Source: Ignavibacteriota bacterium (GTDB taxonomy: Bacteria; Bacteroidota; Ignavibacteria; Palsa-1295). Taken from it: a stretch of 64,000 nt of DNA. Positions within the stretch are counted from its first letter, which is position 1, and each line of letters begins with the position of its first letter. The stretch is taken from contig CAWBEI010000002.1 in the NCBI GenBank assembly GCA_963787835.1, positions 1,216,001-1,280,000 of the forward strand, read 5' to 3'. Under the pieces are notes generated by a model. The model worked only from the letters and a program-made list of their open reading frames with translations, ran no database searches and was not told the DNA's origin. Shown one piece after another: positions 10,333-19,564 of this stretch. Both the position numbers and the translations under genes were made by a program.

Positions 10333-11697
10333 ATGAAGTCATGCTTGTTGGTCGTCATTTTTGTTCTTTTATGCGGTAGAGTAGTCGCGCAGGAGGTACA
10401 GGTTCCGTTCGATTCGTCGGGTACGATAACTGTTATCGATCAGGATCTGGAGAAAAAACTGGATCTGTTTCCCAGTTACCCTCATTTTCTGGAAGCCCGA
10501 CTTTATCACGAGCCGGATAGTTCTTATATGCTGGAGATCACTTCATTCGAAAGTGGAAAGCTACTCAAAGATCGCCTTCCGAAAAGCGCGGGTGCCATAC
10601 GATCGCTTCGAGCGGATGTCGATGCACGTATGGGGCCGCAAGCGCCAGTGGCGAAACTGGATCAAAGTTCTCGTTCAAAATTCATTGTCTGGGAAACACT
10701 ACTTTCTGTATTTGCCTACGGCCCACTGGTTACTAGCTCGGTCAATTCAAGCAATAGTAGTGTTGGCGCAGGGCTTGAATTGATCATCGGTGGCTCCGGG
10801 TACCTTCTATCTTCTGTTCTTACACAGAATGCCCCAATGACGGACGGAGATGCATCTCTTGCGCTTGGAGGGGCGTTTCTCGGGCCGATACATGGCATCT
10901 TGTTGGATGATATGCTTTCCAGCGGCAATCCTGGCTCTGAACTTGGGGTCGTAGCTACGCTTGCCGCTGTTGCGGAAACAGGGATCGGATATTCGGTCGC
11001 ATCCGGCAACCACATGACGGAAGGAACGGCCGATATTATTCGGTATGGAGGGTTGTTCGGAATGCTGGATGGTGCGGGTCTTGCCGTTGCGATCAATAAT
11101 GTGCCATCACCGTCGTTATGGACCGGCATGAGTTTGCTCGGTTCTGCCGCCGGATTTGGATTGGGAGCCATTTTGGCAAATCAATCCAACTACTCCAGGG
11201 GAAATGCTTCCACGGTGTTGACCGCTGGTATCTACGGAGCCTATATTCCACTGGCGATCTATTCATCGGCCATATTATACAATACTTCAAACAATCCATC
11301 CACGGGACTCGCATTGATAGGGGTGGCGGGTAATGTTGGCGGTGTTCTACTCGCCAATTCGCTCATGCAGGATCGGTATTTTTCGACGGCTGAAGGTACC
11401 GCTGTTATTCTCGGTACGACAGCCGGGTTTTTGATTGGCAGCGGAGTAGGATATATTATTACATCTTCAAACGGGTTCCAGACCTCAGCGTGGGGTTACA
11501 CCATACCTTCGATTATAGGTACCGTTGCAGGTTTTGCCATAACGATCGGATCTATCGGCAAGGGTAACGGCAACAAAACATCCACCGGATGGAATTTCGA
11601 CGCCAATCCTGGCGCGCTCATGGGTGCCCTTGTACCCAAGCATGAGAGCGGCCCTCCGGTTTCTACGCCGGTTTTTTCTGCAACCTGCAAATTTTAA
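10333..11697 (+). CDS. Hypothetical Gly-rich membrane protein with signal peptide
   Basis: Long ORF; signal peptide MKSCLLVVIF..AQ; multiple glycine-zipper-like hydrophobic segments. Confidence 0.7.
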   Translation: MKSCLLVVIFVLLCGRVVAQEVQVPFDSSGTITVIDQDLEKKLDLFPSYPHFLEARLYHEPDSSYMLEITSFESGKLLKDRLPKSAGAIRSLRADVDARMGPQAPVAKLDQSSRSKFIVWETLLSVFAYGPLVTSSVNSSNSSVGAGLELIIGGSGYLLSSVLTQNAPMTDGDASLALGGAFLGPIHGILLDDMLSSGNPGSELGVVATLAAVAETGIGYSVASGNHMTEGTADIIRYGGLFGMLDGAGLAVAINNVPSPSLWTGMSLLGSAAGFGLGAILANQSNYSRGNASTVLTAGIYGAYIPLAIYSSAILYNTSNNPSTGLALIGVAGNVGGVLLANSLMQDRYFSTAEGTAVILGTTAGFLIGSGVGYIITSSNGFQTSAWGYTIPSIIGTVAGFAITIGSIGKGNGNKTSTGWNFDANPGALMGALVPKHESGPPVSTPVFSATCKF

Positions 11698-11733
11698 TAC
11701 TCCTTCATCGTATCTTTGTAAAAAATTGATACG

Positions 11734-12522
11734 ATGACCTTTCTCGAAAAAATAAAAGCGGCTCAGGACAAGAGGCATTCCTTGCTCTGCGTTGGGCTTG
11801 ACACCGACTGGAAAACCATCCCTGATATCCTGAAGAACGAGCCGAATCCTGTGGCGTCGTTTAACCGAGCAATCATTGACGCGACGAGCGATCTTGCCTG
11901 CTGCTATAAATTGCAAATGGCGTATTATGAGGCCTACGGCACGAAGGGGATCGAAGCGGTCGAGCAAACACTTGCACATATTCCGAGCCATATTCTGACC
12001 ATCGGCGATGTAAAGCGCGGCGACATCGGTGCCACAAGTGAAAAATATGCTTATGCCTATCAGGAGATGTTTCCGTTCGATGCTATCACGATCAATCCAC
12101 TCATGGGCTTTGATGGCATCGAGCCATTTTTACGGCGTGAGGATAGGGGAGTGTTCTTTCTTGGCCTGACTTCCAATCCCGGAGCGCGGGATTTTGAGTA
12201 TCTCGAACTCACCAATGGGAAAAAGCTCTATGAAGAGGTAACCGATAAAGTCCGCGAATGGAACGCGCCGAAAAAGAATGCCGGGCTGGTAGTTGGTGCA
12301 ACAAAACCAGCCGAACTTAAAGCACTTCGACAGCGCGCGCCGGAACTTCCGTTCCTCATTCCCGGCGTCGGCACCCAGGGCGGGACGATGGAAGAAGTGC
12401 TTGAAGCGAATGCTGGCGGGATCGCGCTCATCAACGTCAGCCGTGGTATTGCCGGTGCTTCAATGGGAGCCGACTTCGCAGAAGCTGCACGAGCAGCGGC
12501 GAAGAAATATGTTGGACGATGA
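11734..12522 (+). CDS. pyrF: Orotidine-5'-phosphate decarboxylase
   Basis: LCVGLD, DVKRGDIGAT, TSNPGA, VVGAT, LIPGVGTQGG, NVSRGI. Confidence 0.95.
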   Translation: MTFLEKIKAAQDKRHSLLCVGLDTDWKTIPDILKNEPNPVASFNRAIIDATSDLACCYKLQMAYYEAYGTKGIEAVEQTLAHIPSHILTIGDVKRGDIGATSEKYAYAYQEMFPFDAITINPLMGFDGIEPFLRREDRGVFFLGLTSNPGARDFEYLELTNGKKLYEEVTDKVREWNAPKKNAGLVVGATKPAELKALRQRAPELPFLIPGVGTQGGTMEEVLEANAGGIALINVSRGIAGASMGADFAEAARAAAKKYVGR

Positions 12523-13889
12523 TCCCCGAATCCTTCCTTTGTGAAATATGGAAAGCACACGCGAGCTTTCTTATCAGTCCTATTTTGCTTTCGGATGGAT
12601 CGCCCATTCAGGTGATCGAGTGCGGTGAACAGAACAACCATCGCGGCGGGCCAGATTTTATTGGTGCGCGCATCATGATGGATGGTGTGCAAATTCGTGG
12701 CGATGTTGAACTGCATATATCTCCCGAAGGCTGGAATGCGCACCATCACGAGGGGGATAATCGATATTCGAACGTTATTCTGCATGTAGTACTTGAGGAT
12801 GATGCAGAGCAGCACAAAGGGCCACCCGTGCCGCAGCTTATCCTTCGCAATAATCTTGCCTTCGGTCGCTCCGATCTTTGGGAAGAACTATTTCGTAGAT
12901 TGTACGATCGCAGCCCCGAACTTCCGTGCTTTCCACAGAATATACTTGTTCCGATGCGCTTCAAGCGAAAGGTGCTGGAACAATTCGGTCTTGCCCGACT
13001 CGAAGAGCTGATCGACCGGGTTACGCTTCCTGATGCGGAATTAAGCTCCCACGCAAACGTGCTCGAACGCGTCTATCAACTAACGATGGATGCGCTTGGC
13101 TATTCGCAAAATCGGGTTCCATTCCGGGAGCTTTCAGCGCTTTTGCCGCTTTCGCGTTTGCGATTTGCTCGCGAGGCATTTAGCGAGAACAGGAGCATTT
13201 CATTGGAAGCCGTTTTTTTCGGCGTTGCCGGACTCTTGCCAAAACCATCGCTCGAATTCGATAACGAGACGAATGACTATCTTCTCGATCTGAACGCGCG
13301 TTGGAATTCGATTCAGCAATCGCTCCGGTTTCCGGAGGTGCTGGCAGAGCACGACTGGGCGTTCTTCCGAATTCGCCCCACAAATAGCCCGCATCGGCGG
13401 ATAGCTCTTGCTGCTGCATTAGCTGAAAAATATTCCAGCCGCCCGGAATGGGATTTCCGAGATGCTTTTTTCGATAACGGACCGAAAGCAAGTTTGGGTG
13501 AGCATCCATTTTGGGAGTCGCATACGTCATTCCGGTCAAAATTGCCTGCGCCGGAATCGCTTTTGGGAGAGGAGCGGGGAGCAGCGATATGGCTAAATGT
13601 CATTCTTCCAGCAAGAATCGCTATGCTTCGAACGGAGCCAGAAAACCCCTCGCGGCGGCAAACGGAACGGGCGCTTATAGAGGAATGGGGTTCGGCGCGG
13701 ACGCAATCAAGCGCAAAATACCTTTCTGTGATACAACAGGAACTTCTGGAAGGCGAAAACGTTAACTCCGTCCGCTCCGAGCAGGGCGCGCTTTTGCTTC
13801 AGAGAAACTTCTGTCAAAAGCTTCGCTGTTCTGAGTGTCCCATCGGTCACCGCCTAATCGAAAAGGGCTGGCGGGTGGGGAAAGTATGA
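12519..13889 (+). CDS. DUF2851 family protein
   Basis: GGPDF..GDVELH..W..HHH..YSNVILHVV; RPTNSPHRR; terminal C..CSECPIG. Confidence 0.8.
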   Translation: MIPESFLCEIWKAHASFLISPILLSDGSPIQVIECGEQNNHRGGPDFIGARIMMDGVQIRGDVELHISPEGWNAHHHEGDNRYSNVILHVVLEDDAEQHKGPPVPQLILRNNLAFGRSDLWEELFRRLYDRSPELPCFPQNILVPMRFKRKVLEQFGLARLEELIDRVTLPDAELSSHANVLERVYQLTMDALGYSQNRVPFRELSALLPLSRLRFAREAFSENRSISLEAVFFGVAGLLPKPSLEFDNETNDYLLDLNARWNSIQQSLRFPEVLAEHDWAFFRIRPTNSPHRRIALAAALAEKYSSRPEWDFRDAFFDNGPKASLGEHPFWESHTSFRSKLPAPESLLGEERGAAIWLNVILPARIAMLRTEPENPSRRQTERALIEEWGSARTQSSAKYLSVIQQELLEGENVNSVRSEQGALLLQRNFCQKLRCSECPIGHRLIEKGWRVGKV

Positions 13890-13960
13890 ACTATGAAGTA
13901 TGAAGTATGAAACGGGGCAAACGAGCCTATTTCATACTTCATACTTCATACTTCATACTT
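13882..13960. repeat. Inverted pair of heptamer arrays (AAGTATG type)
   Basis: (AAGTATG)x4 at 13882-13912 and (CATACTT)x4 at 13930-13960. Confidence 0.85.
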
Positions 13961-13966
13961 GGCATC

Positions 13967-14039
13967 GCGGGAGTAACTCAGTTGGTAGAGTGCGACCTTG
14001 CCAAGGTCGATGTTGCGGGTTCAAGTCCCGTCTCCCGCT
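13967..14039 (+). tRNA. tRNA-Gly(GCC)
   Basis: GCGGGAG/CTCCCGC acceptor, CGACC-TTGCCAA-GGTCG anticodon arm, GGTTCAAGTCC T-arm. Confidence 0.96.
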
Positions 14040-14066
14040 CTACGGGGTAAAGATGAAATATGAGAG

Positions 14067-14255
14067 ATGAAAGATGAGTTGAAATTCAAATATAGCCTCA
14101 ATATTGATCCACTTTGGATTGATATCCAAGAGGGTAAGGTAGATGACACTATCGAAATCGCGCGGGATTTATTCTTTGATTTTGATGAACATAAAAATAT
14201 TCTCTCCATCGAGATGCTTGATGCTTCGAGATTGTTGAAGTTCATGGAATCCTGA
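14067..14255 (+). CDS. DUF2283-like small protein
   Basis: KFKYSLNIDPLWI..FDFDEHKNILSIEMLDAS resembles DUF2283; start may be TTG 14079. Confidence 0.6.
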   Translation: MKDELKFKYSLNIDPLWIDIQEGKVDDTIEIARDLFFDFDEHKNILSIEMLDASRLLKFMES

Positions 14256-14259
14256 TATT

Positions 14260-15465
14260 GTGCCCACCCCTCAAGATTTAGCTGCCGAATTATCTCAAGA
14301 GCGATTTGCGCTTACATCGCTGCTTGAATTTGCGCGTACGCTTACTCCCGATCTTGGGCCGCGTGGCATTATGCGAAGCGTACTGCGGACGGTCATGGGC
14401 AAGTCCCTCATCAAAGAGGCGATCGCGTATCTTGGAACGATGGATGGGGAGCACTATGAATTAGTTGCGCACGCAGGGTTCGATCATCTCCCGCTTCCCG
14501 AAGTTCTTGACCGCAACGGATTCGAAAGGATGATCGAAGCTATATCGGAGCCGTTCACCGCTGTTCCACTAATCACTGCTGACGGTGCCGGCTATCTCGG
14601 ATTGCTGGGACTTGGCCCATCTATCAATCCGAAGTTAAGCGGGGATTCTGAGGCAACATATCTTGCTTCGCTCGCTGCGCTCACTTCGATCGCGCTCACG
14701 AACGCTTGGCTCTTCGAACGCGAAAAAGAACGGGAACGATTGGAATCTGAACTTCGGCTTGCACGAGATATTCAGCAATCGCTGCTTCCACAACAGTTAC
14801 CGCAAATTCCTGGTGTTGAGTTTGCTGCGATCTCGCGGCCTTCCGAATGGGTCGGCGGCGATTACTACGATGTTATTGAATTGGATAACGATCGTGTATT
14901 GCTTGCCATTGCGGATGTTGTTGGCAAGGGTGTTACTGCCGCGCTCACGATGTCAAATCTGCAGGCGGCTTTACGCGCATTAGTGATGATGCTGCGAGAG
15001 GGACATTTGTCGCTCCTGAACGTCGTGAAAGAATTGAACCGCCTGATGTGTGAAAGCACGGCACCGGAGCGTTTCATTACCGCCGCGTTCGGCGTGATAG
15101 ATGTTCGTCATCATACGTTGGAAACGGTCGTCTGTGGTCATCCTAACCCGATCATTATACCACCCGAGCATCAACCCGTCATTGCGGAAAGTACAGGAAT
15201 TCCTCTTGGGATTATCCCGACATTCCCGTATGAATCCCGAAGTTACCACCTTTCTCAAGGCAGTTTGCTTGTACTTTACACGGACGGCTTATCCGAAGCA
15301 TTTTACGGTGAGGCTCTTCTTGGAGAACGGGGTTCGGTTCAACTTGCATTAAAAGCATCGCAGCAGCATGGGGATCTTCAGCAGATCTTACAGGAGATGG
15401 GACGTTCGGAGCAAATATCCATCGAGGATGACATCACAGTATTGGCGGTTCGTATCACGCGATAG
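14260..15465 (+). CDS. SpoIIE/RsbU-type PP2C phosphatase
   Basis: ARDIQQSLLP, VGGDYYD, IADVVGKG, LYTDGLSE, DDITVL. Confidence 0.92.
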   Translation: MPTPQDLAAELSQERFALTSLLEFARTLTPDLGPRGIMRSVLRTVMGKSLIKEAIAYLGTMDGEHYELVAHAGFDHLPLPEVLDRNGFERMIEAISEPFTAVPLITADGAGYLGLLGLGPSINPKLSGDSEATYLASLAALTSIALTNAWLFEREKERERLESELRLARDIQQSLLPQQLPQIPGVEFAAISRPSEWVGGDYYDVIELDNDRVLLAIADVVGKGVTAALTMSNLQAALRALVMMLREGHLSLLNVVKELNRLMCESTAPERFITAAFGVIDVRHHTLETVVCGHPNPIIIPPEHQPVIAESTGIPLGIIPTFPYESRSYHLSQGSLLVLYTDGLSEAFYGEALLGERGSVQLALKASQQHGDLQQILQEMGRSEQISIEDDITVLAVRITR

Positions 15466-15537
15466 GCTTCCCAAGTTGGCTTTGCTGCGAACTTGTCACG
15501 GAATGAGCCTGTTAACCCGCTCCGCCCCGGAATGGGA

Positions 15538-15621
15538 AAAGATGAAAGATGAATTATGAAAGATGAAATTCTTGGATTTCTCTTTTTTTCTTCATCTTTC
15601 ATAATTCATCTTTCATCTTTT
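15538..15621. repeat. Inverted pair of heptamer arrays (AAGATGA type)
   Basis: AAAGATG AAAGATG AATTATG AAAGATG ... TTCATCT TTCATAA TTCATCT TTCATCTTT. Confidence 0.85.
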
Positions 15622-15631
15622 CCCCGAATTT

Positions 15632-15704
15632 GCGCCCGTAGCTCAGTGGATAGAGCAACAGCCTTCTAAGCTGTGGGTCGCTGGTTCAAGTCCAGCCGGG
15701 CGCG
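15632..15704 (+). tRNA. tRNA-Arg(TCT)
   Basis: GCGCCCG/CGGGCGC acceptor, ACAGC-CTTCTAA-GCTGT anticodon arm. Confidence 0.96.
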
Positions 15705-15713
15705 CAACGGGCA

Positions 15714-15868
<155 letters not shown>

Positions 15869-15874
15869 TATTTC

Positions 15875-15970
15875 AATTAAGAATTGAGAATTAAGAATGA
15901 AGAATTGGGGGAAAGTATTGCCTCAATATGGATTTCTCATTCTTAATTCTTAATTTTTAATTCTTAATTG
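15875..15970. repeat. Inverted pair of heptamer arrays (AATTAAG type)
   Basis: CAATTAAG AATTGAG AATTAAG AATGAAG AATT ... CTCATT CTTAATT CTTAATT TTTAATT CTTAATTG; right end supplies the gltX TTG. Confidence 0.85.
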
Positions 15971-17407
15971 ACCTTGGTTCGCGTAAGATTTGCACCCTCT
16001 CCTACCGGTTATGTACACGTCGGTTCGCTCCGAACGGCGCTGTATAACTATCTCTTTGCCCGCCATCATGGTGGGGTAAACATTCTTCGTGTTGAGGATA
16101 CCGATCGCACGCGCTATGTCGAAGGATCGGTCGAGAATATGCTCCGCACGATGGAATGGGCCGGAATTGAGTTCGATGAAGGGCCGATCACCGGGGGGCC
16201 ATTCGGGCCTTACGTCCAATCCGAACGCACGGAATTATATCGTGAGCATGCCAATCAACTCATCGTAAGTGGTAATGCTTATCCATGCTTTTGCACCGCC
16301 GAGCGACTCGATCAAGTGCGGAAAGCACAACAAGCAGCCGGTATCCCGCCGATGTATGACCGTTTTTGCCGCAATCTGACCAAGGAAGAATCCGACCGCC
16401 GCATTGCTTCTGGCGAGCCGCACGTCGTTCGCTTGCGAGTTCCCATTGGCGAGCTTGTGCGATTTAATGACATTATTCGCGGCGATGTCGAGTTCGATTC
16501 AAAAACGATCGACGACCAGGTGCTGCTGAAATCAGATGGATTTCCGACCTATCATCTGGCCAATATCGTGGACGATCATTTCATGCAGATCACCCATGTA
16601 ATTCGTGGAGAGGAATGGTTGTCATCGACTCCAAAGCACGTTCTGCTCTACGCCGCCTTCGGATGGGAAGCCCCAAAATTCGCACACCTTCCGTTATTGC
16701 TGAATGCCGATCGTTCGAAGCTTTCAAAGAGGCAGGGAGATGTCGCTGTTGAGGATTATCGCGACAAAGGTTACTTACCCGATGCGCTCATCAATTTTGT
16801 TGCGCTGTTGGGATGGAACCCGAGCGCAACCGAGGAGATATTTACGATTGACGAGCTGATTCGTGGATTCGATCTGGAGCACGTCAATAAAGGCGGCGCT
16901 ATCTTCGGACGCGAAAAGCTCGATTGGATGAATTCGGAGTACATTCGTAAGAAATCTCCCGAAGAATTGCTGACGCTCGTACGCCCACTTGCGGAGGATA
17001 GAAAATATGTGGTAAGCGATGACTATCTTTTGGACGTCATTCGCGTAATGCAGGAGCGCGTCCGCACATTGCCGGATTTTGTCGATTTCGCAAGCTATTT
17101 CTTCGTGGCACCGACGGAATACGAAGAAAAGTACAAACAAAAGCATTGGAACCCTGAAGCCAAAGCACGTCTCACAGAGATACTTCCGCGTTTCGAAGCT
17201 GTGGAAAAATGGGATCACGACACGCTGGAAGCAGTTGTTCGCACATTCGCGGAAGAGCGGGGTATAAGTGCTGGTAAGATGATCCACCCCATTCGCCTTG
17301 CCGTGACAGGCCGTGGCATGGGGCCGGGATTGTTTGAATTGCTAGCGGTAATAGGGAAGGAAGAATCCATCCGAAGAATGAGATTCGCTTCAGATGTTCT
17401 TGTCTGA
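15968..17407 (+). CDS. gltX: Glutamate--tRNA ligase
   Basis: RFAPSPTGYVHVG (HIGH-like), KLSKR, HVIRGEEW. Confidence 0.97.
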   Translation: MTLVRVRFAPSPTGYVHVGSLRTALYNYLFARHHGGVNILRVEDTDRTRYVEGSVENMLRTMEWAGIEFDEGPITGGPFGPYVQSERTELYREHANQLIVSGNAYPCFCTAERLDQVRKAQQAAGIPPMYDRFCRNLTKEESDRRIASGEPHVVRLRVPIGELVRFNDIIRGDVEFDSKTIDDQVLLKSDGFPTYHLANIVDDHFMQITHVIRGEEWLSSTPKHVLLYAAFGWEAPKFAHLPLLLNADRSKLSKRQGDVAVEDYRDKGYLPDALINFVALLGWNPSATEEIFTIDELIRGFDLEHVNKGGAIFGREKLDWMNSEYIRKKSPEELLTLVRPLAEDRKYVVSDDYLLDVIRVMQERVRTLPDFVDFASYFFVAPTEYEEKYKQKHWNPEAKARLTEILPRFEAVEKWDHDTLEAVVRTFAEERGISAGKMIHPIRLAVTGRGMGPGLFELLAVIGKEESIRRMRFASDVLV

Positions 17408-17418
17408 CCGATCAGAAA

Positions 17419-17495
17419 AATCATCCGTGTAATCCAACCACATCCACGTAATCCAGGTTCTATCCCCGTGTCCCCCGTAATCCAGGTTCTGTCCC
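17419..17495. repeat. Degenerate nonamer repeat (AATCCGCGT-like) ending GGTTCT
   Basis: CATCCGTGT AATCCAACC ACATCCACGT AATCCAGGTTCT ... CGT AATCCAGGTTCTGTCCC; related to 29700-29763 and 39215-39369. Confidence 0.6.
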
Positions 17496-19463
17496 TTACT
17501 TCTTCTTATCGTCCTCTTCCTTGTTCTCTATAATAATGAACTCGATACGGCGGTTGATCTCACGGCCTTGATCGGTGGAGTTCGTGGTGATGGGGCTCGT
17601 TTGCCCGTATCCGCGCGTTTCGAGCCGTGTGCTGCTGACACCATGGTTAAGAAGCCAATCGCGAATCGAATTAGCGCGGTTCATCGAAAGCCGCTCGTTC
17701 GCGAGCGAATCACCCTGATTATCGGTATGTCCCTGGATCGAGATCTTCGTTCCAGAATATTTCTGCATCAATCCCAATAATTGGTTGAGTGGCGCAAAGG
17801 ATTCTGGCAGAATATCCCATTTGCCGGTCTCGAACTCGATGCGCGGCAAGTCGATACGCTGCCCGACCTGATATGGAACTTCTGGGCATCCATTGTTCCA
17901 TTTCGGTCCCGGCTCCAGCGGACAGGCATCCTCGTTATCGGGAATGCCGTCGCCATCGGTATCGGGATTGAGAGGGTTCGTGTGATATTTAAAGATCTCA
18001 TCGTAATCGGAGATTCCATCTCCATCGGTATCTTTCAGCAGCGGGTTCGTGTGATAAACGAAGATCTCATCATAGTCGGATAATCCATCGCCATCGGTAT
18101 CTTTTTTTAAGGGATCGGTGTGATATTTAAAGATCTCATCGTAATCCGAAATGCCATCCCCGTCAGTATCGCGCGAAAGAGGATCGGTGTGGTATTTCAG
18201 CACTTCGTCGCCATCGCTAAGGCCATCGCCATCGGTATCCGCAAGGCGTGGGTTTGTATGGTACTTATGCACTTCATCGCCATCCGTCAAGCCATCCCCA
18301 TCGGTATCGGGGTTAAGGGGATCGGTGCCATAAATACGGACCTCATCTCCATCACTCAGCCCGTCGCCATCCGTATCGGGATTATTCGGATCGGTATGGT
18401 AGATCATGATCTCTTCGATGTCGGTCAGTCCATCGCCATCGGAATCGGCGAGCTGATCGAGCACGGCATCCCCATATTCATAGAATCCACTTTCCTTCCC
18501 AAATCCGATCGCATACCGCATGGAGAGATAGGCTTCGGGCCGGTGCGGACCACGGGAGGATCTTGGAAAGGCGTGTTCGAGCCGGAGCAGCCCCGTTTCA
18601 ATATCCAAATTCTTCAAATTTCGGAGGACGATCCCAAAATTAACATCGTCCCCGGCAATATCTAATTGCGCGATCAGGTTGCGAATGCGATACCGCACCA
18701 GCGCCAACGGATTAAATCCCGGCACCCCCTGGTCGGTGCTCACATTATAGGTGTTGAAAAAATTAAGGTACCGTGAGATAGGGCCCGAACCGGAATATTT
18801 GCCATCGCCAAATCCGGCACCGACGCTAATGCCATTACGAGTGGAGTACCGAACTTCTCCGCTGGAACCGGGAAGAACCGGTCCCATGATCACGTCTTCC
18901 GACATGTCTTCTGCGGATGCTTCCCGCAATAACTTCCCATAGTCTCCAGAATCCGGCGGATGACCCAACCAGTAGGTGATCAAGAACGAAAGGGAGTTTC
19001 GGTCGGGATAGATGCTCTTATCGCTCTGACCGTCGCCGAGGTATTCACTCGCCTCGCTTTTGGAGAACAGATTTTCTGCTCGAAGACTAAGGCCGATTCG
19101 TGACGAGTCCCCGCCGACGACGAAACGGTCGATCTTGAACTGCGGATTCCAATCGATGAACGGTAGAATATCCGATGGGAAGACGTAGGACATCAGACCG
19201 AAACGGAACTGGCCATATTCCATCGATACATACTGGTTGAAATTGATCTGCTTTTCGGTGACGGGTATGGTCGAATGAGTAAAATCATCCCATTGTGAGT
19301 TCGGCGGAGTCGATGCGCCCCAGCCAATGATAACCCGAAAATCAGTAAATCGCTCGAATGGCGTACGCAGAACCTCGAATTGGGCACGAGCAGAAATGCC
19401 AACGCTCAGGAGGGCGAGGGAAACGAAAAACCTGGCAAAAATGAGTTTTACGCTCACAATCAA
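17496..19463 (-). CDS. OmpA-family protein with TSP3-like Ca-binding repeats
   Basis: Seven full 23-aa DTDGDG[LI]SD.DE..YHT[DN]P repeats plus a partial one; C-terminal GHTDNQG..LSMNRA..NRRIEF. Confidence 0.9.
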   Translation of the reverse strand: MIVSVKLIFARFFVSLALLSVGISARAQFEVLRTPFERFTDFRVIIGWGASTPPNSQWDDFTHSTIPVTEKQINFNQYVSMEYGQFRFGLMSYVFPSDILPFIDWNPQFKIDRFVVGGDSSRIGLSLRAENLFSKSEASEYLGDGQSDKSIYPDRNSLSFLITYWLGHPPDSGDYGKLLREASAEDMSEDVIMGPVLPGSSGEVRYSTRNGISVGAGFGDGKYSGSGPISRYLNFFNTYNVSTDQGVPGFNPLALVRYRIRNLIAQLDIAGDDVNFGIVLRNLKNLDIETGLLRLEHAFPRSSRGPHRPEAYLSMRYAIGFGKESGFYEYGDAVLDQLADSDGDGLTDIEEIMIYHTDPNNPDTDGDGLSDGDEVRIYGTDPLNPDTDGDGLTDGDEVHKYHTNPRLADTDGDGLSDGDEVLKYHTDPLSRDTDGDGISDYDEIFKYHTDPLKKDTDGDGLSDYDEIFVYHTNPLLKDTDGDGISDYDEIFKYHTNPLNPDTDGDGIPDNEDACPLEPGPKWNNGCPEVPYQVGQRIDLPRIEFETGKWDILPESFAPLNQLLGLMQKYSGTKISIQGHTDNQGDSLANERLSMNRANSIRDWLLNHGVSSTRLETRGYGQTSPITTNSTDQGREINRRIEFIIIENKEEDDKKK

Positions 19464-19564
19464 AAAAGCAAGCTGCCGGCAAAACTATGGGGCTTCCCAA
19501 AGAAGAACTAATTTCGGCAAAAGGTTTCCGGTTTCTGCATTCCAGCGAAACAGGCTTCAGGGAA

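Noticed and set aside
17930-18450. 69-bp tandem repeats as a possible array
   Set aside because: In-frame TSP3-like protein repeats of the OmpA protein, with no repeat/spacer structure
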